The position numbers and the translations under genes were made by a program. A stretch of 64,000 nucleotides of DNA from an uncultured Nitrospiraceae bacterium (GTDB lineage Bacteria; Nitrospirota; Thermodesulfovibrionia; Thermodesulfovibrionales; SM23-35): the NCBI GenBank assembly GCA_963727775.1, contig CAVSHB010000002.1, positions 827,377 through 891,376 of the forward strand, given 5' to 3'. Below the pieces are notes generated by a model. That model was not told the origin of the DNA. It did not search any database and saw nothing but the letters and a program-made list of their open reading frames with translations. This document shows positions 49,074-60,150 of this stretch, piece after piece. The first letter of the stretch is position 1; each line of letters starts with the position of its first letter.

Positions 49074-50144
49074 CTAACTGATATACCCCTCGATCAAAAT
49101 GTCTTCGCCGGCCCGTTTAATACCGATGTCTTTAATCTTATATGCCTCTTCAAGCTTCTTAAAGGTTTTCCCTCCGATTGCGGGAAAAGATTCCTTCCCA
49201 CCGATAATTATGGGAGCGATAAAAAACATCACTTTGTCTACAATCCCGTCCTCAAGAGCATGGGCATTTAAGGATGAACCTCCTTCTATAAGAACTGACG
49301 TAATCTCCATTTTGCCGAGTTCTTCCATAAGCCATTTGAGGTCGAGTTTATTATTAAAATAAAGAATTTTTACCCCTGATTTTTCGAGACGGCTTAATTT
49401 TGAATTATCGCTTCTTGTGACGATAATCGTTTCAGGAGGAGTTTGGAGTATCCTTGCCTCCGGTCGGACCTCAAGGAACGGATCGATCACAATCCTCTTC
49501 GGATTCTTCCCGATATTTATCCGTGCCGTGAGCTGCGGGTCGTCGGCCTTTACTGTGCCGATGGCGGTAATGATAGCATCAACGCCACTTCTCAGACGAT
49601 GCACCATCTTTCGTGCCTTTTCACCGGTTATCCATTTTGATTGACCCTCAGGGGTCGCTATTTTACCGTCAAGCGTCATCGCAGTCTTGAGCGTTACGAA
49701 CGGCTTGCATGTAGTGATATATTTGAAATAATACTCGTTGAGCTTTCGCGCGGCATCCTCAAGGATACCTGATGTTATTTCGACGCCTGCTTCTCTGAGT
49801 TCTATAACCCCTTTACCTGAGACCTTTGGGTTCGGGTCGGTCATACCGATAACAACTTTTTTGATGCCGGCATTGATAATGGCCCTTGTGCAAGGCGGTG
49901 TCCTTTTTTCTGTGTGGCAGCATGGCTCCAGATTCACATAGAGTGTAGAACCCTTTGCATCTTCACCGGCCTTTGCAATGACAAGTGCCTCGGCATGAGG
50001 AGTCCCCGGTTTTCTATGAAAATCCTCGGCTATTGTTTCCCCGCTCTTAATCATTACAGCACCCACCATCGGGTTTGGACTCGTCGTCCCCCGCGCTTTC
50101 GCAGCAAGTCTTAAGGTGCGCCTCATGTAAATTTCGTCATTCAT
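49074..50144 (-). CDS. ribD: Riboflavin biosynthesis deaminase/reductase
   Basis: PNPMVGAV, HAE, LEPCCH, PPC, TLDGKIA, EGG. Confidence 0.95.
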   Translation of the reverse strand: MNDEIYMRRTLRLAAKARGTTSPNPMVGAVMIKSGETIAEDFHRKPGTPHAEALVIAKAGEDAKGSTLYVNLEPCCHTEKRTPPCTRAIINAGIKKVVIGMTDPNPKVSGKGVIELREAGVEITSGILEDAARKLNEYYFKYITTCKPFVTLKTAMTLDGKIATPEGQSKWITGEKARKMVHRLRSGVDAIITAIGTVKADDPQLTARINIGKNPKRIVIDPFLEVRPEARILQTPPETIIVTRSDNSKLSRLEKSGVKILYFNNKLDLKWLMEELGKMEITSVLIEGGSSLNAHALEDGIVDKVMFFIAPIIIGGKESFPAIGGKTFKKLEEAYKIKDIGIKRAGEDILIEGYIS

Positions 50145-50191
50145 GGATAATTAGATTACCATATAACCGATTCGCGCAGTCTGTATTAGTT

Positions 50192-52702
50192 TCATGATTT
50201 TGCTTTAATTATGTCTTCGAGCAGCGAAGCATAATTGAATTTATTATTAGCAGACAATGTCTTTGAGAAATTAATAAAAGACGATTTATAGTCAAATTTC
50301 ATGTCAAGCAGCTTTGTGATATATTTCATCCCTTTCTCTCTGTTGCCAATACATATATAAGCTGCTGCAAGTACTGAAATGTAGTTAGGATGGGTAGGAT
50401 TTTTTTGAATGAGCCCTTCAAGGAACGGAACAGCAACTTCTGCATTTCCGGTATAAAGCTCGCAAAGTGAATACATTTGAATTGTGGTATCCAAATTAGG
50501 GTCTAGTTCTAACGCTTTTTTATAAAAAGATTTAGCTTCCCCATATCTGTGAAGATTATAGTATGCATTACCCATACTCCTGAAAGCCAATGGAAAACCG
50601 GGGTCCTTATCGATTACTTTCCTGAAATATTCTATTGCCTCTTCATATTTGCCGGAGTTGGCGGTCTGTACTGCAAAATCATAAAGTACCCTTATATTTT
50701 GTTGCCCCGTTTCTTCGATATACTTTTTTCCTAAATTGAAATAATATTGTTTTTTCGGAGCTGTATTTTCTTCATTTAATAATGAATAATGGTGAATAGT
50801 GACGTTAATTCTTTGAAATTTAACGCCCATTTTTTCAAGAGAAGGTTCAATATGTTCATGTACCGGATATTCAAATCGAACAGCTTGGCTATTGGGGAAT
50901 AGCCGAACCACCTCATCAGTGAAAAACCCGGTTCCAGCTTCTTCTCTTATATAGCGTCCATCGTTTGGTTCCCATCCTTCCGTATATTGATTGTTAGTAT
51001 AATTTCTTCTTACAAACGAAAAAGCCACTATGCCGGAGATTGCTTCATTTAAAATATTCCTAAACGTTCCATGATCTATAAATGAGATTAGCTCATCTGC
51101 ATCAAGATGAAGTATCCATTTCTCGGTAGCTTCAGCTAATGAATAATTACGTGCATCAGAAAAATTATCTGTCCATTTGAAATCAAAGACCTTTGCTCCA
51201 AATGCCTGAGCTATTTCTTTTGTCCTGTCCGTTGATCCCGTGTCAACTATAATCATCTCACTGACAATCGGTTTAGCATGCATAAGACACTTAATTAAAT
51301 TATTCTCTTCATTCTTGACGATCATACATAAGGAAATAGGTTCTTTGTGGATCTTTTCGCCAAAAGAATTAACCGGACTCTTAAATGCGGGTGTCTGCTT
51401 ATTAATCTTTATTACAGTATCTATACAGGTCATCGCTAAATTAAGATTCTTAAGTTCAGAACATATAGTTGCAAGAAGAAGTAGTGCATCGATATCCTCC
51501 GGTTGAGACTCTAATATCGATATAACGATATTTGCCGCCTGCTGTAATTTTTCTGCTTGATAAAGTTCAAGTGCTGTTTGAATTGAGCTGTTATTAGGGA
51601 TCATTTGTTTTTTCTTGAGCAAGCTTTCGAGATCATCGAGCCACTTCTGAGCTACAAAACTCCAGCTATACTGCTCTTTAACCGCTTTACTAACCCTATC
51701 GGCTACCTCGGCGTGGTTATCATTTTTTGTAAGGTGGGCTATTTTTTTCAGTATCTCCCCCACATAACAATCCGGGTCTCTGTCCGGACTATAAGGGATC
51801 AATAAGTTCTTGTCTTGCACTGTTTCAACAAAAGCAAAGTTATGACTTGTTATTGGGAGACATCCAAGAGCCTGAGCTTCAACAACATTAATACAGAATA
51901 TTTCTGGAAAGTCTGTCGGGTACAGCATGAACCCAGATTGTCTCAAGAGCGCATACCATTTCTTCTTCGATAAGCTACCATGTTTAATTACCCGTGGTGT
52001 TTGAGCTATTAATTTGTCAACTTCACTATACTCCTGAAGCAATAAATCTGAAATGCCGAAGGTCTTATTCTCATATCCAGCCAAATGCAATAGAGCATTC
52101 GGGTTCTGCTCCAATATTTTCATCCAAACTCGCTCCAGTAAAAAACGCAACCCCCTTTCAGGTCTTGATGCATAAATGAAATGATTGAGTCTATCAACAG
52201 GAGGCGCAATTTCTGAATTGACAACATTAACTAAATCCAAATCGAATCCGTTACTTGTTAAGCCTAAAATCGGTGATATCTGCGGATATGCTTGAACATA
52301 AACATCTCGATGAAATTGGCTTAATACATATACCCTGTCAAGTTGCCGTACATAGTCGATCCATTTAGACATAGCCTTACTCGGTTGATCATGAATCCAA
52401 AGGATTTTCAATATACTTTTGATCGGTTTAGTAAAAAAATTGTGTACGAACCTGCTTACTATGAAAATATCAAACTCATAATGGTAAAACACATCCGGAT
52501 GGGATTCGTCGATATTTAGGTACAAAACTCCATCGTAATTTCCAGGCCGATCGCAAAGGCAAAAAACTATGACTTTATGATTACGCTTAGCAAATTCTCG
52601 CGCCATATATACAAGAGCAGACTCCGATCCGCCCAAGCCCTTTTCGTTAATGGTATTCCCGTTAAACGTTAAACCTTCAGTATAAAATCCAATAAATCCC
52701 AT
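50192..52702 (-). CDS. Multidomain glycosyltransferase (GT4-like, TPR, GT2, TPR)
   Basis: GLGGSE, SRPERGL, E.FCI..VEAQA.G; ISLCMIVKNEE, VDTGSTD, LDADE, VHE; TPRs. Confidence 0.85.
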   Translation of the reverse strand: MGFIGFYTEGLTFNGNTINEKGLGGSESALVYMAREFAKRNHKVIVFCLCDRPGNYDGVLYLNIDESHPDVFYHYEFDIFIVSRFVHNFFTKPIKSILKILWIHDQPSKAMSKWIDYVRQLDRVYVLSQFHRDVYVQAYPQISPILGLTSNGFDLDLVNVVNSEIAPPVDRLNHFIYASRPERGLRFLLERVWMKILEQNPNALLHLAGYENKTFGISDLLLQEYSEVDKLIAQTPRVIKHGSLSKKKWYALLRQSGFMLYPTDFPEIFCINVVEAQALGCLPITSHNFAFVETVQDKNLLIPYSPDRDPDCYVGEILKKIAHLTKNDNHAEVADRVSKAVKEQYSWSFVAQKWLDDLESLLKKKQMIPNNSSIQTALELYQAEKLQQAANIVISILESQPEDIDALLLLATICSELKNLNLAMTCIDTVIKINKQTPAFKSPVNSFGEKIHKEPISLCMIVKNEENNLIKCLMHAKPIVSEMIIVDTGSTDRTKEIAQAFGAKVFDFKWTDNFSDARNYSLAEATEKWILHLDADELISFIDHGTFRNILNEAISGIVAFSFVRRNYTNNQYTEGWEPNDGRYIREEAGTGFFTDEVVRLFPNSQAVRFEYPVHEHIEPSLEKMGVKFQRINVTIHHYSLLNEENTAPKKQYYFNLGKKYIEETGQQNIRVLYDFAVQTANSGKYEEAIEYFRKVIDKDPGFPLAFRSMGNAYYNLHRYGEAKSFYKKALELDPNLDTTIQMYSLCELYTGNAEVAVPFLEGLIQKNPTHPNYISVLAAAYICIGNREKGMKYITKLLDMKFDYKSSFINFSKTLSANNKFNYASLLEDIIKAKS

Positions 52703-52866
52703 AGTTCTCTCTTCAAATCTATGATATATCTTATCATCTGACTAAATCCTAAAAAAAGAAGGTTTTCAATCTGTCTATTAACCGCGGTACCCTTTCTTTT
52801 CTCTAATATCAGGAAATAAAGGATTTTGTTTCTAACTAAGTACTTAATCTGGTATAATAACTTGTA

Positions 52867-53262
52867 ATGAACCAGATATGGCTGACATTAATCGGCATTG
52901 CTGTCATTGTGACGGCAGGTTTTGTCATCTCCTTGATTATCGAACTGAGGAAGACGGTGTGCACTTTAAATGAGCTTATGAAGACGACAGAGGAATCTCT
53001 CAAGCCTACACTTGAGGAAGTGCAACTCACACTGAAAAGTCTGAGAAAAGTCTCTGATGATCTCAATGATGTGACAACCGACGTTAAGACCTTATCAGGG
53101 TCGGTTAGGGATGTGGGAATGAATATTCGGCATATTAGTAACCTGGTAGAAAGTGTGACACTCTCGACTGCGATTAAGGCTTCAGGGTTAAAGGCCGGGA
53201 TAAAGACCGGTCTTGAGGTTTTATTAGGTAATCTTTTTTCAAGGATAGGAGGCGGGAAATGA
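52867..53262 (+). CDS. DUF948/YoxC-like protein
   Basis: N-terminal TM plus coiled coil; paired with YtxH. Confidence 0.7.
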   Translation: MNQIWLTLIGIAVIVTAGFVISLIIELRKTVCTLNELMKTTEESLKPTLEEVQLTLKSLRKVSDDLNDVTTDVKTLSGSVRDVGMNIRHISNLVESVTLSTAIKASGLKAGIKTGLEVLLGNLFSRIGGGK

Positions 53263-53579
53263 GAGAGGAATGCGGTTACGGTACAGGCGGCATATTGCTT
53301 TCTTTTTTACTAGGCGGTTTAGTTGGTGCGGGGTTTGCTTTGCTCATGGCCCCACAGTCCGGTCGTGAAACAAGACAGAAGATAAAAGATCTTAGTGACG
53401 ATGTAAAAGAAAAGGCAATGGGGTATGCAGGAGACGTCAAAGAGAAGGTAACAAGCACTATAGACAAGGGCAAGGAAATGTATGAGGAAAAAAAATCCAT
53501 CATAACAAGTGCAATTGACGCCGGAAAAGACGCTTACGAAAAAGAGAAAGAGAGGTTGTCCAAGGAATCAAATGCATGA
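53259..53579 (+). CDS. YtxH domain protein
   Basis: FLLGGLVGAG.ALLMAPQSGRETR. Confidence 0.88.
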   Translation: MREECGYGTGGILLSFLLGGLVGAGFALLMAPQSGRETRQKIKDLSDDVKEKAMGYAGDVKEKVTSTIDKGKEMYEEKKSIITSAIDAGKDAYEKEKERLSKESNA

Positions 53580-53917
53580 AGTTTCAATTGCCCAGGGCTT
53601 GCTCGAAATTGCTATAGATAACTGCACGAAACAAGGCTATAAAGGGATTGAATTAATAAAGGTTAAGATAGGCAAAGCCTCCGGGGTTGTCCCGGACTCA
53701 CTGCAATTTGCCTTTGAAGCAATGAAAGCGGAAACAATCGCTGAGAAGGCAGTACTGATGATTACCGAAATTCCTGTCGGCGGTTTCTGCGAAAGTTGCA
53801 AGAGAAGCTTTACCGTGGAAGAATGCCTATGTGATATCGTGTCCCTTATGCGGGAAAAGATCATTCAGACTTGAAACAGGACGTGAATTAAATGTCGATG
53901 AGATGGAGGTTTTTTGA
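53572..53917 (+). pseudogene. hypA: Hydrogenase nickel chaperone HypA with a +1 frameshift near 53822
   Basis: MHEVSIA, CESC; the second CPLC..GREL lies in a shifted frame. Confidence 0.85.
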
Positions 53918-54560
53918 TGAAGGTTAAGGTGGTTACCAATATCCTGGAAGCAAATGACAGGATTGCTGCTGAGAATAAGAAGATATTCGATGAATCCGAT
54001 GTCTATGTAATAAACATCATGAGCGGACCGGGCGCGGGCAAAACGTCTTTGCTGGAGAGGACCATCAAAGAGTTCAAGGGTAGAATAAAAACCGGGGTAA
54101 TAGAAGGCGATATCGCCGGTTCAGACGATGCACAAAGAATAGAAGAACTCGGGATACCCGTTATTCAGATCAATACCGGCGGCGGATGTCACCTCGATGC
54201 AAATATGATCCGGGAAGTGATGGACGAATTTCAGCTGAAAGACCTTGACCTCCTTATTATAGAAAATGTGGGCAACCTCGTCTGTCCGGCTGAGTTCAAT
54301 CTCGGGGAGGACATGAAAGTTATGCTTCTCAGCATTGCCGAGGGGCATGATAAACCGTTAAAGTATCCCCTTATGTTCCAGGAATCGTCAGCTCTGATAT
54401 TAACAAGATCGATCTCCTGCCTTATACCAATGTGGATATGGCAAAGATCAGAAAGGACGCCCTATCTCTTAACCCGAAACTGAAAATCTTCGAGGTTTCC
54501 TGCAAGACAGGTGAAGGAATAAAGGATTGGACGGACTGGTTGCAGTCACTGGTGAAATAA
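53917..54560 (+). pseudogene. hypB: HypB GTPase with a -1 frameshift near 54402
   Basis: GAGKTSLL, CHLDA, ENVGNLVCPA, KPLKYP; NKIDLL is restored by adding one A. Confidence 0.87.
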
Positions 54561-54756
54561 TCAGAAATCAAGCAGACATTGTTTTGGTCCCGGCGAAAAA
54601 TTTATTTAACTTGATGGATTTATCGAAATATCTTTTTGCTGACTTTGATTAAACTATTCCTTAAGCCATCAGTTGAAGGTACACTGATGGTATCAATAAA
54701 TAAATTTTTTCACAACAGATGCCTCTTTTCCTGTGATAGTAGCCCATGCTTAATTG

Positions 54757-57199
54757 ATGAAACGCATTAGAACAAAGATATCGGTCAAGGGCATTGTCCA
54801 GGGGGTTGGCTTCAGGCCCTTCGTTTATAACCTCGCTAAGGCATTAAAACTCAAGGGCTACGTTATCAACTCATCCAAAGGCGTGACTATTGAGATCGAG
54901 GGAAACAATAGCGATACTTTTATAGGTAGGCTTACCAAAGAAGCTCCGCCGTTGTCACAGATAATGAATGTCGATGTAATTACCCTGCCATATCACGGCT
55001 ATAAGGATTTTAAAATAAAAGAAAGTGAAGACGAAGGAAGCTTTACCCTTGTTTCTCCCGATGTCTCGATATGTGGTGACTGTTTCAGAGAAATGTTGGA
55101 TAAAGATGACAGACGATACCTTTATCCGTTCATAAACTGCACGAATTGCGGTCCCCGCTATACCATCACAAAATCCGTGCCTTACGACAGACCTAATACT
55201 ACAATGTCCGTGTTCACCATGTGTCCTGATTGTAATAGAGAGTATTTTAATCCGGAAGACAGAAGATTCCACGCCCAGCCTAACGCGTGCCCTGTATGCG
55301 GTCCGAAGGTTGAGTTAAAAACTAAAAGCAAAAAGCAAAAAGCTAAAAGCAAAGAAAATCCGATAAAGGAGACAATCCGACTGTTAAAAGAAGGGAAAAT
55401 AGTCGCCATAAAAGGGCTTGGTGGCTTCCATATCGCATGTGACGCAATGAACGCGGAGGCAGTGCAAAAGTTGCGGCTGAAAAAAGAGGAAGAGCAATAA
55501 ACCCTTTGCCCTCATGTCTCCCGATATCAGAACAGTCAAGAAATTCTGCCGGGTATCTCAGCAAGAAGAGGCTACTTTGATTTCGAATAAACGCCCGATC
55601 GTTCTTTTGGAAAAAATACAGAACGAGCTCTCCGATGCTGTTTCTCCTAATAATCCGGCCATCGGTTTTATGCTTCCTTATACACCACTGCATTATCTGT
55701 TATTTTATTATCCTGCGGATAAGAAGAAGCGCAGGCTGAAGCCTGAGGCGACATCTTTTGTACCGACAACTGACAATAGTCAACTGACAACTAATTTTGA
55801 CGCCCTTGTTATGACGAGCGGCAATATATCAGAGGAGCCCATTGTTATTGATAACGGAGAGGCTTTGTCCAAGCTGTCGGATATCGCTGATGCATTTCTT
55901 TTTCATAACCGGGACATATTCATGCGTGCGGATGATTCGGTAGTAAGGGTGATGAGCGGAGAAGACGAAACAGTAACATGGATAGATGGAGATACTGAGA
56001 AAAATATAGCCTCATCCCCGCGTACCCGCGTTTCCGCGCCGTTGTCCTTTATTCGCCGTTCAAGGGGATATGTGCCTGACCCTATACTTCTCCATGATGA
56101 CGGCCCGGAAGTGCTCGGCTGCGGGGCCGACCTAAAAAATGTTTTCACCCTTACAAAGGGCAGTTTTGCGGTACCGAGCCAGCATATAGGCGATATGGAG
56201 AATTATGAGACGCTGCTGTTTTTTGAAGAAAGCCTCAAAAACCTGAAAGACGTTTACAGGGTTAATCCTGTTGCATTGGCATACGATCTTCATCCCATGT
56301 ATTTATCTACGCAATGGGCTTTAAGACAGGAGAACATAAAAAAGATCGGTATACAGCATCATTATGCCCATGTTGCATCTGTCATGGCTGAAAAGGGGAT
56401 TAAAGCAAATACCATTGGGGTATCATTCGATGGAACCGGCTATGGGATTGATGGAAACCTATGGGGCGGTGAATTTTTAATAGCTGATATAAAAGGTTTT
56501 CAAAGGGCGGGTCATTTCAAGAATGTCCCGTTGCCTGGTGGAGAGGCGGCGGTAAAAGAGCCGTGGAGGCTCGCCATAAGCTATATTAAAAATACAGCCG
56601 GCGATGAGACGATTCAGTATCTCCGGACTATCGGATTTGTCAAAAAATATGGGATAGACAGGGTTCAAGACATCTTGAAGATTATTGATAACAGAATGTT
56701 CTCACCTTTGTCATCGAGTGCCGGCAGATTGTTTGACGCTGTCTCGGCAATGATCGGGGTATGCGATAAAGGGACATTTGAAGGTGAGCCTGCAATAGCA
56801 CTTGAGGCGATAGCAAAGCCTGATATTTTGGACGATTATCCTGTTGATATAAAATTCAAAGGAACGATGGAGATTGATTTTTCCCATGCTGTTTTAGGGA
56901 TCATTGGAGATCTGGGCAAAGGTGAAGATAAGGGTATTATTTCATCAAAATTCCATAATACTTTGATAACTGCGGTTGAGCGTGTCGTGGAGAAACTTTC
57001 TTCGGTCCATTTTATAAAAGATGTTGTCTTATGCGGCGGAGTATTTCAGAATATATACTTGCTGGAGAGGACTTGCTCCAGGCTCAAATCTATAGGTATG
57101 ACGGTCCATATCCATGACAAAGTCCCGACAAATGACGCTGGCATATCTTTGGGGCAAGCATATATAATAAGAGAAAGAATTAAGGCTGGGATTGAATGA
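54757..57199 (+). pseudogene. hypF: Carbamoyltransferase HypF with a +1 frameshift in the A run at 55480-55485
   Basis: GIVQGVGFRP, CTNCGPRY, RFHAQP, KGLGGFH, then KPFALM, TSGN, QHHYAH, DGTGYG, NDAGISLGQ. Confidence 0.9.
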
Positions 57200-57303
57200 A
57201 AAGCAGGGGTTAGGGGTCGGAGAACCAGGGATTCAGGTGAATTATCACTCGAACTATGTAACCCTCGAAACCGATGATATCGCAACAAGATAAAGGAGTA
57301 GTT

Positions 57304-58368
57304 ATGAAAGATATTATAGAAAAAATAGTGAAGCTTAAGGACTCGATCGGAAGACCGGTAAAATTTATGGAGGTCTGTGGAACGCATACTGTGGCGATAT
57401 TCAGGCATGGGATCAGGGGCGTTATACCTAAGGATATTCTACTTCTGAGCGGGCCCGGATGTCCTGTCTGCGTCACTCCTATAAAAGATGTGGATGCCGC
57501 TATTGCAATATCGAGGATGGATGGATGTATCCTCACTACTTTTGGCGATATGATGAGGGTCCCGGGAAGCAAGCAATCCCTCTTTCATGCACAGGCGGAA
57601 GGCGCTAACATAAGGATTGTTTATTCTCCGATGGATGCTCTCAAGTTTGCGTCTGAAAATAAAGACAAAAAAGTAGTATTCTTTGCGACAGGCTTTGAAA
57701 CAACATCGCCGTCTATAGCAGGTACCTTATCAGAAGCAGAAAGAACGGGAATCAATAATTTTTTTATATATTCCGCCCATAAGATCGTTCCACCTGCTCT
57801 GAGAGCATTACTTGATTCTCCTGACTTGAAAATTGACGGCTTTATCCTCCCGGGACATGTAACCACAATCATCGGGACTGAACCATATGAGTTCATATCC
57901 ACCGATTACAAGTTACCGGCAGTCGTAACCGGCTTTGAGGCGGAGGACATCCTCAGGTCTATCATGATGCTCCTGGAACAGATCGCGTCCGGTAGGGCTG
58001 AAATCGAAATCCAGTATACGAGGGTTGTAAAGAAGGAAGGTAACCCGAAGGCGATGGCGCTTATCAATAAATACTTTGAGCCATGTGATGCAAACTGGAG
58101 AGGCATAGGGGTAATACCGGGAAGCGGGCTCAAGCTGAAAGAAGCGGTAAGCCGGTTTGATGTCAGCCGGGTATTCAATCTTGATATACCGGAGGGCCAT
58201 GAGCCGAAAGGTTGCCAGTGCGGTTTGGTGCTTAGAGGGATAAAGATACCGACTGATTGTCGTTTATTCGGAAAGGCGTGCACACCCGAACATCCTGTAG
58301 GAGCATGCATGGTCAGTACGGAAGGAAGCTGCGCGGCCTATTATAAGTATTCAGGGGTAATTAAATAG
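57304..58368 (+). CDS. hypD: Hydrogenase maturation protein HypD
   Basis: MEVCGTHT, GPGCPVC, GFETT, PGHV, CMVS.EG.CAA. Confidence 0.95.
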   Translation: MKDIIEKIVKLKDSIGRPVKFMEVCGTHTVAIFRHGIRGVIPKDILLLSGPGCPVCVTPIKDVDAAIAISRMDGCILTTFGDMMRVPGSKQSLFHAQAEGANIRIVYSPMDALKFASENKDKKVVFFATGFETTSPSIAGTLSEAERTGINNFFIYSAHKIVPPALRALLDSPDLKIDGFILPGHVTTIIGTEPYEFISTDYKLPAVVTGFEAEDILRSIMMLLEQIASGRAEIEIQYTRVVKKEGNPKAMALINKYFEPCDANWRGIGVIPGSGLKLKEAVSRFDVSRVFNLDIPEGHEPKGCQCGLVLRGIKIPTDCRLFGKACTPEHPVGACMVSTEGSCAAYYKYSGVIK

Positions 58369-58378
58369 CGCTATTCGA

Positions 58379-60037
58379 CTAACGTATGACAATGCCTTTC
58401 TCAGCAAGCATTTTCTCTATGGATAATTTCATCTCAGTGTATTTGTCGGGAGCCACTCTGAGAAATTCGATGTAGTGAGGGATGGCCTCAGGCTCCTGCC
58501 CTATTGAAAATAGCAGGTTTGCCAGATTGTAATGAGCCTCGTAATTCTGAGGATTGGCAGCAAGAGATCGATTGAATTCATATATTGCTTTTTGATACCG
58601 GCCCGTTTTTTTATATATCACACCCAAACTGTTGTATGCTCTGGAATCTGAAGGATCAAGTTCGATTGCTTTCTGCAGATAAAATATTGCCTTATCGAAT
58701 ATGCCAAGAGTCTGATACGTGCTGCCAAGATTTAAAAAAGCAAATTCATACTTTGGATCGAGATGGACAGCCTGCTCAAACTCTGGAAGTGCCTTTAAAG
58801 GCATACCGGTATCCAGAAAGGCAACCCCCAAGTTATTTCTTGCCAGTGCAGAAGCCGGTGCATCACTGACCATCTTGCTATAAAGAGTAATCTCATCCTG
58901 CCAATATCCGTTCTGTGTATAAGTTTTGACTGAAAAAAGCATGACAATAATAATAGGAATGAATTTTAACCTGGAAGATAACTTTTCAAAATAGATCCCT
59001 AAGAGCATAGCAAGACCAAAAGAGGGTATATAAAGATATCTTAATGACATCATCTGGGGTTTTATGACTACAAGAATATTTGCTGCCGGGAAGAGGATAA
59101 TGAAAAACCATAAGATTGCGAAAAAAGCTCTTCTTTCTTTTCTATAAAAATAAACTGTTGATAAAGCAACGGCTATCAGGATAAATATTGAAAACAAAAC
59201 CTGGATATCAAATAGTGTGTTTTTTGGTTGAATATCATAAAGTACTTTAAGATTAAAAGGGAATAAAAAGGTATAAAGATATTTTGTCATTATTTCAGAA
59301 GAGGTGATAAAGCGGTCATAAAGTGACAGTTCGGACCCGATGGCGGGTTTAACAATAAGTTGTCTGATAAAAATATAGAATAGAGATATAAGAAAAAATG
59401 GCAAAACAAACTTCATGTTAACTCGCTTATGGTTTAAAATCTCATAAATAATAATCATAAACGGTAACATCAGTGCATACTCGAAGGAAAAGGCAGCTAA
59501 TGTGAAATTTATAAGAGAAAAAATCAGGAAAGTTATTGAATTTCTTTCTCGAAATCTTATGTAAAAAAACAGGGAGGACAGAATAAAGAGAGCACAAATG
59601 ATATACCCTACACTGGTAATCCAGGCGACATTTTCTGTATGAATTGGATGAACGGCAAATATCAGAGCTGAATAGAAAGCCGCAGGTTCAGAGGTTAATA
59701 GTTTTATACAAAGGAGATAAAAAAGAACTGAAAGCAACGCATGTAAAGTAATATTTATAATGTGATATCCGGAAGGCTTTCCGCCCCATAATTGGAATTC
59801 TAATGTCCACCAGGTATTCATAACTGGCCTGTAATACGATCCCGAAGGATTTCCTGTCATTTTCCATGTATCTGATGTAAAAAAAACAGGTATATTTTTT
59901 AAGTTACGAATAGATATATTGGAAACTATTGATCCTCTATCATCCCAGACAAATTGCCCGGTTAGCGTATTTGAATAAATGACTACACATACAACTATAA
60001 TAATAGCTGCTTTTATAGGAGAAAAACTTATATTCAA
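58379..60037 (-). CDS. Second TMTC-like multi-TM TPR protein
   Basis: FVWDD, YYRP, HPIHTENVAW, RYLYIPS, several TPRs. Confidence 0.8.
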   Translation of the reverse strand: MNISFSPIKAAIIIVVCVVIYSNTLTGQFVWDDRGSIVSNISIRNLKNIPVFFTSDTWKMTGNPSGSYYRPVMNTWWTLEFQLWGGKPSGYHIINITLHALLSVLFYLLCIKLLTSEPAAFYSALIFAVHPIHTENVAWITSVGYIICALFILSSLFFYIRFRERNSITFLIFSLINFTLAAFSFEYALMLPFMIIIYEILNHKRVNMKFVLPFFLISLFYIFIRQLIVKPAIGSELSLYDRFITSSEIMTKYLYTFLFPFNLKVLYDIQPKNTLFDIQVLFSIFILIAVALSTVYFYRKERRAFFAILWFFIILFPAANILVVIKPQMMSLRYLYIPSFGLAMLLGIYFEKLSSRLKFIPIIIVMLFSVKTYTQNGYWQDEITLYSKMVSDAPASALARNNLGVAFLDTGMPLKALPEFEQAVHLDPKYEFAFLNLGSTYQTLGIFDKAIFYLQKAIELDPSDSRAYNSLGVIYKKTGRYQKAIYEFNRSLAANPQNYEAHYNLANLLFSIGQEPEAIPHYIEFLRVAPDKYTEMKLSIEKMLAEKGIVIR

Positions 60038-60150
60038 ATTCTTAATTTCTTCTACCCGATGTCAAAGACTGTCTCCGATGAGATATCTATAAGAATTTTG
60101 GTATATTTCTAAAGTTAACTTCAAATATATTATAATCTTGCAAAGAGAAA

